Made by a program: the position numbers and the translations under genes | Assembly (NCBI RefSeq): GCF_001194135.2 | Contig: NC_069008.1 | Span: 2,115,566 to 2,172,845, forward strand | DNA: 57,280 nucleotides | From: Octopus bimaculoides | Lineage: Eukaryota | Direction: 5' to 3' | Notes under the pieces: generated by a model | What the model was told of the DNA's origin: nothing | The model's database searches: none | The model's input: the letters and a program-made list of their open reading frames with translations, nothing else | Shown here: one piece after another, positions 23,525 to 36,930 of the stretch | How the letters are laid out: each line of letters opens with the position of its first letter | Position numbering within the stretch: the first letter of the stretch is position 1

Positions 23525-24477
23525 TTTTTACCTCTTTACTTTGTATCGTTTACTCAATAGAAACAATTCTCTTGCTATATTCCCATCAACAATGATTGCT
23601 GTCAATATTTGAAGACGATGCAAATACCTTTATAAATTTCCTGAATTTAATTAATATGCAAAAAACCTTCTTGAACACATCCCAGGCACTGAAGTCAAGA
23701 AGTGTTAATATTCATCTTAGTTTAAAGGAAATATTAAATATTAGGATTATATTTATCTTCTATATTTCATATGACATCTTCCTTTGGTCTTTAAAACATG
23801 ATGAATATTGACACAGTGTCTGATGTAAATGGTTTTTTTTATGCCAATGTCACCTGGAAATCTGAAAGAATAAAGAAACAGTATAAGACATAGAGGATGA
23901 CACATTTTAATACTGATAAACCTGTGAATGAACAATTAAATTTCATTATTAATTTGTTGTTAAAATTGTGTGAAATCTGCCACAGCAGCATCTTCAGATT
24001 GTGTAACATTATGTATATTAGTGGTTCTCAACCAGGGTCCATATAAGATTCTGTTGTTAAAATTTATGTGCAATAAACTGGTTACAATACACAAAATATT
24101 TGCATTTTTTTTTTCATATAATTACTAATATTTAATTCTAAAAATATAATAGAATTTTTTAAACATTGAATGGCTATGAGGGTCCACTCATACAAAATTG
24201 GAATCAAAGGGGTCACTTCTACTTCATTACTATTATTTCATCTCGCTTTCCAGTTCCACCGCAGTTCCTTGCATCTACTCTTCTCCAATGTAAGTAGCCG
24301 TTTAGCTCCTCTACAGCAAAAAACCTTTTCTGGCCTCTTCTTTCGTATTTTAAAAACTAGCATTAAACTACCATCCTCTCTGCTGTAGCCCAATACAGTC
24401 AAAAGGAGATCTTAGTGTTGTGAACTACAAACTTAACTCCACTAGAATAGAAGGTGCTATGAAATTGCTCCCTGTAA

Positions 24478-25131
24478 GGCATTCCTACAGATGTGTACCC
24501 CACTGACTTTGTTTCCTCACAACTTCTAGAAAAATGAATATTTTAAAATGAAATTTTCTTCAAATATGCTTCAGATGATGTAGATTCTCGTTATATTGGA
24601 ATATATGCTGAATAAATTTTTCCAAGGGTGAAGTGAGTTGTTTTGAAAACTTCACACGAAATTACTTTACATGCAGAGTGTGCAAATGACAATTATATCA
24701 GCATCTGATGTGAAAAGTAAAATAGTGATCATGCACACATACTGGCATGCATCACAGATCTTTTCAAAATTTCAAGTTTCACTTTCTAGATATATGTGAC
24801 GTGTGTCAGTATGTATATATATGAGTCCACCAAATTAATTTTCTATATTAAATTCTGATATAATTGTAATTTACACACTCTTGAAAGTATTCATAGAAAA
24901 TTTCACTAAAAATTACCCATTTTTCTGAATGTTACGTGTAAAGAAAGCCGTCTTGTGTACATTTTTCCGAAACTCTCCACCCTTGGAAACATTTTTCACA
25001 GCAAATTCTGATTTAATGAGGATCTACATCATCTGAAGCATATTTATCGAAAATTTTATTTAAAAATATCCATTTTCCTGGAAATTATGGGGCAACAAAG
25101 TCGGTGGGGAGTACACATCTGGAGGAATGCC
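24478..25131. mobile_element. Foldback MITE, ~650 bp with ~210 bp imperfect TIRs
   Basis: GGCATTCCTACAGATGTGTAC...AAATATGCTTCAGATGATGTAGAT is complementary to 24925-25131. Related arm fragments lie at about 26960-27240. Confidence 0.8.
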
Positions 25132-25894
25132 CACTGTAAAATGTTTGGTGTTAGGAAGGGCATCCAGCGTTAGAAATCATGTCACAGCAAACACTGTAGC
25201 ACAATGCAGTCCTTAGACCTGTCATATCTCGCTGAACCATCCAGCCTATACCAGCATGGAACACATGTTAAATGATAATGATGATGAGGAGGAGGTTTAA
25301 CCCTGGGCAGCCTTGACTGATTAGATCTATCAATTTGGCATGTCATTTAATTTTGAATCAAGTCTGACCTGGCAATAAGCAACATGACCATCCCAGTCTT
25401 CCTTATGGCAGTTTATATCTAGGACTACATTATCCTACGTTGCCCTCAATTTTCGAAACACAAAGATATAATTAGAATGAAACTTGGTTACTATTTCTAG
25501 CATGACGACTGACCACTTAAGGGCTCCCTATGAGAGTGGTTGCTGTTTAGGACCAGGTCAAGCCTGGTCGATCAAACGAAAACAAACATATTAACGTAGA
25601 AAAGATGGCATAATTTTGGTTTAAACACTCCGTATGGCCCCACCAGATAGAAAACGAACACTTGTTATAAATCAGGTTCAGAAAAATATGACCGATGAAT
25701 TATTGTCTGGAGTTTGTATTCAATATTTGCTGGGATAAAAAAAAAAAACAAACAAACAATATTGGTCTTTGACTAATATTGTTTTCTCAAAGTATATCTA
25801 TTTCTTAAAAACTGTTAAATGTTTCTCTCAATAAATACATTACAACTAACATTCATAGTGTTTTTCATAAAGATGGTGTCTGAACCATTTAATA

Positions 25895-26210
25895 CTGAAG
25901 CAATTCTATTTCCCCAACTCTTAATAAATATACAATTTTCCATAATTACTTACATCGTAATCCGTTCATCTTTTTACTACAGAGAAGTGCATATATCTAA
26001 TTCTAATTATTATTAGACAATGGATCTATCAAGTTATTACTTCCACAATGCTGAATCAAAGACTTACTTGTATTTCTCCATAAATTTCTAATTTCTACTT
26101 CCTTATTTCTTTTAACCTTTGTCTTGAGTAAATAACATCTTCGTGGAACTGAAATTTGACAAGTGAAATGTAAAAACTGACTCGGAAGAGGGAAAAGCGA
26201 AACGTACTAA
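25895..26210. promoter_or_regulatory. Conserved noncoding module upstream of G4
   Basis: Shares ACAATG(G/A)ATCTATCAAGTTA with 56930-56950, and GTATTTC(T/G)CCATAAATTT(C/A)TAATTTCT with 16840 and 30170(rc). Confidence 0.5.
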
Positions 26211-27589
26211 ACATTCGGAGATTGTCACCGGGTGTTATTATTTGCAGAATTCCTTTTATGAACATATATTCAAAATAAGAGTTGCTTTTAATTTACTCTT
26301 CGAACTCATCTATAGGCAGACAGATAACTCATTCTTCTTCAGAAACCTCTTCAGTTTCATAACAATTGCAGGTGTTCCTACAATTCTACATTCCGACAGA
26401 TATTGCAAACATAGAAATGTACAGAATCGCAACAGCTGTGTATTTTAAGTAAAATTTTCAATTTCCCTGTACATTTAACACTGTTTATTTTATATATGAA
26501 GTAACACTTTTCGAGATAATATATTTATGAAATTAACCTAGCATCATATCAACAAGAAGTAGGTACATTTCAGCTGCTTTCGTACTTCCGAGTTGGTTTT
26601 TTTAAATTTCTGTTGTCAAAAATCTTAATTCGCTCTATTAAGTAGAATTTCTTAATGACATTTTAAAATAAACACCGATTTACTTTTACTTGTTTCAGTC
26701 ATTGGACTGCGACCATGCTGGGGCACCTGCGTCAAGGGTTTAGTCAAGAGGTTCTCAACCATTTTTTAAAATCTATAGACCCTTTTGATTTCTATTTTCT
26801 TTTAGTGGCCATTGGATGTTAAAAGATACTTCTTTAAAAATTCCTATTTTGTTTATCACACATTAACTTTTGTAGGTTGAACGGTTGTGTAAAACTTCAA
26901 GGAAAAGGTCCAAGCTGTTTCTTGCATCCAAAAGCAAAATTTTGGCATAACTACAGATTTCTGCTCCCACGACTTTGGATGATCATAACTTTCAGAAAAA
27001 TGGATATTTTTTAATGAAATTTTCTACGAATATGTGTTATATCATGTAAATTCCGAATAGAAAAAAATTTTGGGGAAAAGTGTTTTAGGAAGCTTTGGGG
27101 TGGGGAATTTCAGAAAATTCACCAGAGTCCATTTCAATTCGTCTTAACTTGGATTTTTAATGGAATTGGATTTTTTAATGAAATTCTCTACAAATATGCC
27201 TCGGACTATGTAGATTCCAAGGACATAGGGAATTTTTGGGAAAACAATTGGAGGTTATTTTTGAGAACTGTTCCCCCACTCAGGGTGTTTCGGAACAAGT
27301 CGTCCATATTTGTTTTTCTCCGTTTTGTGCGTTTGTGCATCCGTACTGAAGCAACAAACCGGCAAAAAGGCAACTAAAGCTCTCTCCAGAAAACTCGTTA
27401 TGCTAAAAATAATAGCTAAAGGTCTGGTACACAAAAATGTTATTAAGGACGCTTTTCTGTTGCATATGATTTTTTTCCACTTCAGGTAAATTCCCAGATA
27501 AACGTTTCTAACAGAAAGGCAGAAGCAAAAATAAGAAACGCCAAATAGGCAGTGGTTTAGAAGTGACAGTTATGTTACTCAAAACGAAG

Positions 27590-27817
27590 GATCGCCGGAT
27601 CTTTGGGGTTTGACGGGCAACATTTTTTTTTGCAGTGTTTTTGGCACCGAAACACTTTCAAACTTCGAATGTTTGTATATTTTGTGGTATAGAACAGATA
27701 AAAAAATTTTGTATTCGAAGTTATTTTATGTAAAAAAATTGTCGTATTTCGGTAATTTCAACCAATCACTGACGTCTATTGAGGTGAAAACAATTAATGC
27801 CACAACGGTGTCATGGG
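27590..27817. mobile_element. DNA-transposon-like fragment abutting the broken 5' end of G5
   Basis: The segment GTCGTATTTCGGTAATTTCAACCAATCACTGACGTC is the reverse complement of the interior of the 29391-29632 MITE. Confidence 0.55.
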
Positions 27818-28633
27818 ATCATTTTCTGAATCTGGTCACTTAAATAAACACAAACGTACTCATATAGGTGAAAAACAATATCGGTGGTAAATCATTGTCT
27901 ACAAATAGTAGTCTTACTAGACATACATGTGTTCATACAGGAGAAAAGCCATATCACTGTGATATATGCGGTAAATCATTCACTAGAAAAAATGGTTTCA
28001 TTACACATAAACATATTCATACAGGAGAGAAGCCATATCAATGCGATATCTGTGGTAAACCATTTTCTGAATCTGGTCACTTAAATCAACACAAACATAC
28101 TCATACGGGAGAAAAACCATATCAGTGTGATATCTGTGGTAAATCATTCTCTAGAATTGGTGGTTTCACTGCACATAAAAGTATTCATCGAGGGGAGAAG
28201 CTACATCACTGATATCTGCTGTAAATCATTCTCTAGAACTGATGGTCTCACTAGACATAAATGTATTCATACAGGTGAGAAACCATGTAACTGATATATG
28301 TGGTTAATCATTCTCTACTTTTGGTCACTTACATCAACACGAACATATCCATACAGGAAAAAAAAAACCCCATGTCAGTGTGATATCTGTGGTAAACCAT
28401 TCTCCTGAAGTAGTAACTTAAGACATAAATATTCTCTTACAGGAGAGAAGCCATATCACTGTCACATTTGTAGTAAATCATAAAACATAAACGTAAATGC
28501 ATTCATAGAGAAGCCATATTAGTGACATCTATTGTCAAACAAACATTTTACATACACTCAAATGTATTTGGACAAGAGAAAAGTCATAGCATTGTGATAT
28601 CTGGTAATTTAGCTGTTCACATACAAAGTGTAA
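27818..28633 (+). pseudogene. 5'-truncated C2H2 zinc-finger pseudogene G5
   Basis: Starts mid-finger. About 3 intact fingers lie in ORF 27868-28212, followed by stops and frameshifts. It ends with the family GTGTAACTGT terminus and 3'UTR block. SESGHL and DGL fingers are shared with G6. Confidence 0.9.
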
Positions 28634-29240
28634 CTGTGTTATTGTACCAATTCATTACCTCATGCAACCATGGGCCTCTCAAGACCTTTTTTTTTTATTT
28701 ACTGAAGCATTATTTACTCTTGACTTTACCTAATCACTCATCTCATTTTGAAATAATCTTTTAAAGCTAAATGCTTTTCCTCATGCCACCTATTTAATCA
28801 CCTTTTACATTACATAGGCAAGGCATGCCATACATGTTTTGTAAAACCAACATACATAGTGTTTGTCAATGTTCATTCTATGATAACTTATATAATCATC
28901 AATGTATTCACAAAGGAAAGAAAATATAATGCTATTCTACATATAACTACTACTATTTTTCTGTCATTTTTACATTTAATCATGTCTTGTTTATCCAATC
29001 AATAAACCATTGAATTCACAGATTTTGCATTATTTTATTTAAATACTAAACATTAGAGGTTCAATCTCTGATTCTAATTCGATCAACTACATTCAATACA
29101 GCCAACAGGGAGGGCTTTACATGGCCACTTGATTTGCTGGGAATAGCAACCAAATCTTTCTAAAATCACATTATACAGATTTCAAAAGAGAAGAGATGTG
29201 ATCTTCAATATTCTGTATCTGAATAAAAGGCAGGATGGTC

Positions 29241-29340
29241 ACGTTTCGGCTGATAGACCCTCCAGCCTTCATCCAGTGTCTTGGGGAAATTTCGAACTTG
29301 GGTTCTCATTGCTAAGATATTTTTCGATGTAATTATTATT
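29241..29340 (-). mobile_element. Penelope-like pseudo-LTR fragment with a hammerhead-like core
   Basis: Same sequence as 15560-15610 but retaining GACAC before the core. Confidence 0.65.
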
Positions 29341-29390
29341 ATCTAGGTCAGCATAAATGAAGTCATTTATGAAAACATTTGCAAAATATT

Positions 29391-29632
29391 GGGATCTTGT
29401 TCAAAACGGGGGCACCAGTTTTCAGCACTTAATTTTTACGGCTGAATGGACGTCAGTCATTGGTTGAAATTACAGAAATACGACAACTTTAACATGAAAT
29501 AACTTGCGACGTACGTTTTTTTGTTAAGAAGACTAAAAGAAAAAGATGTTTTATATGACACATTCTAACAGCGTCCCAAGTTTCAGTGTTTCGTTAAGAA
29601 AATACTGGTGCCCCCGTTTTGAACAAGATCCA
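29391..29632. mobile_element. 242 bp MITE with ~28 bp TIRs
   Basis: GGATCTTGTTCAAAACGGGGGCACCAGT pairs with ACTGGTGCCCCCGTTTTGAACAAGATCC. AATATT flanks both sides. Superfamily not assigned. Confidence 0.85.
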
Positions 29633-30049
29633 AATATTGTTATACGACAGGGTCGTCGTTTCTTTCCCACCAATTAAATACTATTTATTCGATCTACACT
29701 TTAGCTTTTATTTGTATTTTTGGTTTATTCGTCTGTGACCATAAACAATATGTTNNNNNNNNNNTGCCCATTTATTTTGGAATGAACATTATCCTTTACT
29801 AGGATGGCAGGGGTGAGTGCGATTTTTGTGAAAGTTAGGTTATGTACAGAAAAATCCATTATTTTTTTTTCCGTTTTAAAATTAGCTTACAATCCTGAAT
29901 ATTACACGAATTCAATGATATAAGCGAATGAAGAAGGGCAAACAAAACAGGGATAACAAAAAGGGCGTTCCGATTAGCGGGAGATAACTTAACGAACACG
30001 GATAATTTGAAGGCTTTACACACGTGGCATTTCCGGTTTTTTTTTTTTT

Positions 30050-30600
30050 GATGTGTTTCGTTTCGTTTCGTTTTTCGGTGCCCGGTTTTTACCTTTCACA
30101 AATGAAATGTTCTTTCCACGAAGAGGTTATTTGCTGAAGACAAAGATTAGAGGGGATGCGAAACAGAAATTATAAATTTATGGAGAAATACAAGTCTTTT
30201 ACTCAGGAGTGTGAAAGTAAAAACTTACCGAATCATTGTATAATAGAACTGTGGAGAGGAAGTGTATCGGGCGCAACAGTTCAGCGACGTTAGTGCGTAA
30301 GGGGCCCTAGCGGAAGAGGAAGAGTGAGTGAAGTGATGTTGGCGAAAGTATGACCAGCGTGGACAACTTTGGCCTCCAGCAGTGGCATTGGAGGGGCGAG
30401 TGTAGAGGTACGAGCTAGAAAGGGAATCTATCGTAGGTCGCATTTGATTCTGTCCAGTTGGAGTCGATACTGAGAGGTGAGTCGCAATTTGTTCCTAATA
30501 TTGGTTTCAAATTTTGGCACCACCTTTTTGGCGATCTTTCGATACTAGTCCACCACAACTTCCGGTCGTTGAGCGCACGCATACTGTTTACATGATCGTA
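30050..30600. promoter_or_regulatory. CpG-rich candidate (bidirectional) promoter and upstream module of G6
   Basis: Locally GC- and CpG-rich in an AT-rich background. Contains the upstream module in reverse. Minus-strand donor-like TTCG|GTAAG near 30229. Confidence 0.5.
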
Positions 30601-31157
30601 TAGTGTGTTTATGTGTTTAAATGACTTGAAAATATGAAAAGACAACATTAAATAGAAACTCAAAGTGGTACAGTGGTTAGAGCATCCGGCTTGCAATCCT
30701 GAGGTAATGAGTTTGATTCCTGAACCGGGCTGCGTGTTGTGTTCTTGAGCAAGACACTTTATTTAATGTTGCTCTAGTTCGATCAGTTTGACCACCAGAT
30801 ATATGTATATATATATGATGCAGGCTTTACACTATGGTGTGTGATGTAATTATAATAACAAATTGAAAAGTAAAGATCAGTTGTTCAGGTAAATATCTCT
30901 GCTATTAAAATGATTCCTCTATATCTCATACTGTTGTTTCTCTGTTTATTTCAGAATATCAGACAAATATGTTTGTGGCATCTTCAGATATTGATGAAAG
31001 TCAGAATTGATGGGAAAATAGTTGTAAAACAGTTGAAAGAAATAATTAATGAAAAGTGAAAAAGGAAAATAAACATATTGTTCTGAGAGAAGAAAACTAT
31101 TGAAGCAACGGATAATGTTACAGACTTAAAGGATTGATTTATTATTTTGTTGAAGAG

Positions 31158-32357
31158 ATGGAAAGCGAGACTGAAAAATCCTCATACCATTGTGGTATTT
31201 GTCAAAAATCATTTTCTCTGGAAAGTAACCTCATCAAACACAAATGCATTCAGAGAGGTGAGAAAATATATCCCTGTCACATCTGTGGTAAATCATTCAC
31301 TGCTAATCACAAGTTAACCAGACACATCCGTATTCATACAGGAGAAAAACCATATAAGTGTGATATCTGTGATAAATCATTCTCACACTCAACTGCTTTA
31401 CATATTCACAAACGCATTCATACAGGGGAAAAACCATATCCCTGTGACTTTTGTGCTGAATCGTTCTCCAGAAAGGATGGTCTCATTAAACATAAATGCA
31501 TTCATACAAAAGAGCAGCCATATCAGTGTGATACCTGTGGTAAATCATTCGCTGATACTAGCAACTTAACCAGACATGTCTTTATTCATACAGGAGAGAA
31601 ACCATATCACTGTGACATTTGTGGTAAATCATTCTCCAGAAATAGTGATCTCACCAGACATATACGTATTCATACCGGAGAGAAGCCATATTACTGTGAT
31701 GTCTGTGGTAAATCATTCTCTGTATCTGGACACTTAATTAAACACAAACGTATTCATACCGGAGAGAAGCCGTATCACTGTGATGTCTGTGGTAAATCAT
31801 TCTATGAATCTGAAAACTTAACTAAACACAAACGTACTCATACAGGAGAAAGACCATACCACTGTAATATCTGTGGTAAATCATTCTCTAGAAATAGTAT
31901 TTTAACTACACACAGATGTATTCATCCAGGAGAGAATCTTTGTAACTGTGATATCTGTGGTAAATCATTCACTGATACTCGCAACTTAACCAGACACATC
32001 CGTATTCATACAGGAGAAAAACCATATAAGTGTGACATCTGTGATAAATCATTCTCTAGAAATGATGGACTCATTCATCATAAACGCATTCATGCAGGAG
32101 AGAAGCCACATCACTGTGACATCTGTGGTAAATCATTCTCTGAATCTGGTCACTTAACTAAGCATAAACGTACTCATACAGGAGAAAAACCATATCACTG
32201 TGATATCTGTGGTAAATCTTTCCCTGGTACATATGACTTAACTCAACACAAACGTATTCATACAGGAGAGAAGCCACATCACTGTGATATCTGTGGTAAA
32301 TCATTCTCTCAATCTGCTCACTTAACTAAACATAAACGTACTCATACAGGTGATTAA
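31158..32357 (+). CDS. C2H2 zinc-finger protein G6, 399 aa from the ATG, 14 fingers (first lacks its second His)
   Basis: [12 protein letters not shown].... The ORF-track start at 31134 is a TTG. Acceptor AG at 30953-30954. Ends at TGD* inside a linker. Confidence 0.92.
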   Translation: MESETEKSSYHCGICQKSFSLESNLIKHKCIQRGEKIYPCHICGKSFTANHKLTRHIRIHTGEKPYKCDICDKSFSHSTALHIHKRIHTGEKPYPCDFCAESFSRKDGLIKHKCIHTKEQPYQCDTCGKSFADTSNLTRHVFIHTGEKPYHCDICGKSFSRNSDLTRHIRIHTGEKPYYCDVCGKSFSVSGHLIKHKRIHTGEKPYHCDVCGKSFYESENLTKHKRTHTGERPYHCNICGKSFSRNSILTTHRCIHPGENLCNCDICGKSFTDTRNLTRHIRIHTGEKPYKCDICDKSFSRNDGLIHHKRIHAGEKPHHCDICGKSFSESGHLTKHKRTHTGEKPYHCDICGKSFPGTYDLTQHKRIHTGEKPHHCDICGKSFSQSAHLTKHKRTHTGD

Positions 32358-32899
32358 CCATATCACTGTGGTAAATATTTTTCTGAAAATACTCATTTAA
32401 TTAAATCTAAATGCATTCATACAGAGAAATCATATGACTGTGATATTTGGTAGATCATTCTTTCAATTTAATGATTTTTCTAAACACAGATGTATTCACA
32501 CAGGAGAATGTCCATATAGCTGTGATATCTGTAGTAAATCATTCTCTACAGCTTGTGCTGTAAGTAGATACAAACATATCATAGATGAAAGAGGCCATGC
32601 TAATGTAATATCAGCGGTAAATGATTCTCTAATTTAAACACCTTAGATAATCATAAACATATTCATACAAAAAAATAATACATTTGTGATATCTGTGGTA
32701 AATTATTCGCTCAAAGGTTTAATTTAGCTACACATATATGCATGCATACTGTAGAAGAACCATATCACTGTGACACAAACGTTTTACATACTCAATTGTA
32801 TTGAGACAGGAGAAAAGTCACAGCATTTGGATATGAGGGAATTTATTCTCTACCCAATGTGATTTATCTCCCCCTCTACCTATTCTCGCAGAAGTGTAA
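32358..32899 (+). pseudogene. Decayed finger tail beyond the G6 stop, ending at the family terminal module
   Basis: Degenerate TGTGATATCTGTGGTAAATCATTC repeats with indels and stops, ending GAAGTGTAACTGT at 32891-32903. Confidence 0.85.
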
Positions 32900-33199
32900 C
32901 TGTATTGTCCAAATTTATTACCTCACACAACAATAAGACCATGTTTTCTTCACTGAAGCAATATCTACCTTAAACCCTACCTAATCTCATTTTGTTTTGC
33001 TTTTTAATATAATATTTTGTAGCTAAATGCTTTTCTTGATGCCAGTCGTTTAATCACCTTTTACATGGGCAGTGCATGCCCCACGTGTTATTAAACAAGA
33101 TACACAGTGTTTGTGTTTATTCTACAAGAAATTATATAATCGTCAATGTATTCAGAAAGGGAAGAAAATATAATGCTACTCATATATGCGTTTATGTGG

Positions 33200-33590
33200 G
33201 AGAAAAAGCATATCACTGTGACCTCTATGGTATATCATCTTTTCAAACAAACATTTTTCGTACTCACAAATGTATTCAGACAGGAGAAAAGTCACAGCAT
33301 TTGCATATCTGTGGGAATTTATTCTCTAACAAAAGTGAGTTAGCTCCCCATTTAGCTATTCACTTGGAAGTGTAACTGTATTATTGTCCAAGTTCATTAC
33401 CTCACACAACAATAAACCTCTCAAGACCGTTTTTTATTTGCTGAAGCAATACTTACCCTCAACTTTACCTAATAAGCAATCTCATTTTGTTTCCCCATTT
33501 TGAAATAATCTCTTAAAGCTAAACGCTTTTCCTTATTCCAGCCGTTTAATCACCTTTTATATTACATAGGCAAAGCAATCATATATCGTC
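33200..33590 (+). pseudogene. Tandem duplicate of the terminal two fingers and 3'UTR block
   Basis: ORF 33076-33375 ends LAPHLAIHLEV*. The following sequence matches 32900-33070 and 28634-28820. Confidence 0.8.
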
Positions 33591-34504
33591 TTGACTGTGT
33601 GGCCTGTAATTTTCAGTTTTCACATCATTTCTCTCTCAAGACAACATGAAATCTAAATGATGAATTACACAGATCCTATGATCCCTTGGATGATGTAAAA
33701 TAGAATTTACATCAATAAATGACAGGTGATTCTAGTTTCTAATAAAAACCATTTATTCACTATGCTTGTATGTATTCCATCATGCCTGCCCCTCCACCTG
33801 TTCCTTCAAATTATCCAACATCATGTCACTTGTGTTGTCCTTCTCCTGTCTACTGTATCCATCTGTCTGTTTATCAGTGCTTGTCTGTCCCTCTGTCTTC
33901 TTAAACATTTATCGTCTTGACTGTGTGGCCTATAATCTTTACTTTTTACATCATTTCTCTCTGAAGACATCATGAAACCTAAATAAAGCTGGTTTATTCT
34001 TAAATTATTTTCGTGTCATTTTTACATGTAGAACCTCTAACCACATCATAGGTTTACCCAAATAATAAACTATAGAATTCACAAATTTTCCATTATTTTA
34101 TATAAATACTAAACATTAAAGTTTATCATGCAAGTGAATGAGAGATAAACAGGAGGATAACTTTGCATGTTAAATGATAATGACAATGGTGAATATTGAT
34201 GGGCATCAAGCTTTCTCTTTGTGCTTCACACTTGTCTGGCAGTTTTTTGAAGTTTTCAATCCACTAATGAATTTCATCCTCGAACACACCTTTAGACGGA
34301 GAAATCAGACTGTTGATCCCTGTTCTTCCTTGGTGTATACTGCCACAGGAGCAGCCATTTTGACTCTGTAACACATGAAAACTGGAGTAATAAAGGTACA
34401 ACCTCGATTATGTAACCCTAAGTGTACCGCGTTTAAAGAAAATTTTGGTGAAAGTATGAATAATTTTTGATTTCCCCTTGCATCTCTCTCTCTCTCTCTC
34501 TCTC

Positions 34505-34545
<41 letters not shown>

Positions 34546-34556
34546 NNNNNNNNNNC

Positions 34557-34829
34557 TAGTGCCGCTGGACTGGCTCCTGTGCAGGTGGCACGTAAAATAC
34601 ACCATTTCGAGCGTGGCTGTTGCCAGTACCGCCTGACTGGCCTCCGTGCTGGTGGCACGTAAAAGCACCCACTACACTCTCTGAGTGGTTGGCATTAGGA
34701 AGGGCATCCAGCTGTAGAAACTCTACCAGATCAGATTGGAGCCTGGTGTAGCCATCCGGTTTCACCAGTCCTCAGTCAAATCGTCCAACCCATGCTAGCA
34801 TGGAAAGCAGACGTTAAACGATGATGATA

Positions 34830-34864
<35 letters not shown>

Positions 34865-35060
34865 GTGTGTGTGTTTGTTTCCCAACATCGCTTGACAACC
34901 GATACTGGTGTGTATACATCCCCGTAACTTAGCAGTTCAGCAAAAGAGACCGACAGAATAAGTACTAAGCTTACAAAGAATAAGTCCTGGGGGTCGATTT
35001 GCTCAACTAAAAGCGGTGCTCCAGCATGGCTGTAGTCAAATGACTGAAACAAGTAAAAGA
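34557..35060. mobile_element. Family C repeat (34557-34828) followed by a family D repeat (34880-35060)
   Basis: Near-identical to 2600-2869 and 1697-1950 respectively. Confidence 0.75.
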
Positions 35061-35409
35061 ATATATATACAAATATATAAAAACACGCTTATTATTATAT
35101 TAGGGGATTAATCCCTTTGTTTTCAAATACAGGCATACCTCAACATTTTTGTAACTGGTTTCAAGATATGAGACTTAATTAAAAAAAAAAAAAACAACAT
35201 AAAATGAAGAAAATATTAAAAAAAGAATTTATTAGTTTACATCTGTGATAATAAATGATTTGTACGTATTTTCACAGGTATTTTGTACGTATTTTCACAG
35301 GTATTTTATTTGGTTTTTGTATTTCGGTATTGGTTAGGGTCAGACAAACCGACTGAAGCCGAGGTTTTCTTTCTGTTAAGGTCCTTCACATTATTCTGTC
35401 AAATGTAAA

Positions 35410-35832
35410 AGGTCCCCTTCAGTCATGAAGGGCCATGGAACTGCACCTAGAAGATCCCATCAAAGGTGCAGATTTGTTTATAGAAGACCAGCAGTCGACC
35501 ATGCATACCAGCCTCCTTTCTCCATGCCATTATATGTATATAGGGTAAAGACCCCTTTTGGTTATGAATGGCCATGAAGTTGCACCTAGTAAGTTCCCCT
35601 CTGAAGCAAAAGTCCAGGTAAGGTTGTTTGTGGAAGACCAGTAGTTACCCATGCATAACAATCTTCCCTTTCCACACCACTGATGTTATCCAAGAGAAAG
35701 GCCAATGGAGCTGAGTGAACTGGAGTGATGTGAAATAAAGTGCCTTGCTCAAGAACACAACACACAGCCTGGTCTGCGAATTGAACTCACTGCCTCATGA
35801 TTGTGAGCCCAGCACTCGAACCACTGAGCCAA
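35410..35832 (-). mobile_element. Family B SINE with a partially duplicated 3' body
   Basis: CCCCTT..G.(C/T)ATGAA(G/T)GGCCATG occurs twice (near 35412 and 35550). The tRNA-like head ends at about 35830. Confidence 0.75.
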
Positions 35833-36411
35833 TGTAATGCTTATTTATTCACATTGCTTTGAATTAATCATGCATTATGTGATAGCTTTGAGATTTTGAG
35901 TAACTCCCAATTTTTAGAATGTATTGTAGGGTTAGTGTGAGAGGCCACATCTAGCCAGCTTGAACATAAAACAGTTGGAATATTTGGGTCAGATATGGCC
36001 GGTTTAAATGTTAAAGGGTTCAAAACGATGTGAAGAAAAGGTATAAATTGAGATATGCTTCTATTACAGTCAACTCCCAAATACCCACTTCCAGTTTCAA
36101 CACATTAATTCTTAAGACTTCCTCTTCTTTTCATTTCTAGTTACAGACCAAATATATTCAACAAATCATTTCAATAACCTTTTCCTTCCTCCACATATAT
36201 TTGCTTATGTTTAACAATATTTCTGATGAGAGAAAATAATCTTCCCCAAGTTTCACATCTCTCCTTCTAACCATTGAGCCGTGTGCCTTCATGTCTGTAA
36301 TATATTAAGGGCAAATAGATCTTTCTCTCAGATCATCATTGTTTAACGTCTGCTTTCCATGCTGGCATGGGGTGGACGGTTTGATTGAGGACTGGTGCAC
36401 CAGAAAACTGT

Positions 36412-36636
36412 AGATAACAAAAGATTTCTAAGCAAAATATTCACCACGCATTTCACAGTGGAAGTGTTTTTCTCCAGAGTGTAAACTTTTATGTTTTAAG
36501 ACACTGTGAGGAGAAAATGATTTCAAACAGATTTCATAGTCAAACAGTTTTTCACCAGTGTGGGTCCATTTATGGCTTGTTAGTTTAGAATTCTAAATAA
36601 AAGATTTACTGCACATTTCACAATAAAACTGTCTTT
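36412..36636 (-). pseudogene. Decayed duplicate of the last ~3 fingers of G7
   Basis: Aligns colinearly with 36972-37197, with substitutions and small indels. Confidence 0.85.
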
Positions 36637-36930
36637 ACCTTCTGAGTTCAATTTCCACTGAGGTTGACTTTGCTTTTCATCTTTTCTGGGGTCGATCAGA
36701 CAAGCACTGGGGTTGATGTAATCAACCTATTCTCTCTCACAAACCAATATATATGAAAGTATAGTGTTTGCTCTGACTTTATGTTCTGAGTTCAAATTCT
36801 GTAGAGGCTGACTTCTCCTTTCATTACTATTATGGCGTTGATGTAATCTATTTACTCCATCTTGCTGGCCTTGTGCCAAAATTTGAAACCAAAATTACTG
36901 TCATCAACAAAATAATGCCCACATAATTCA

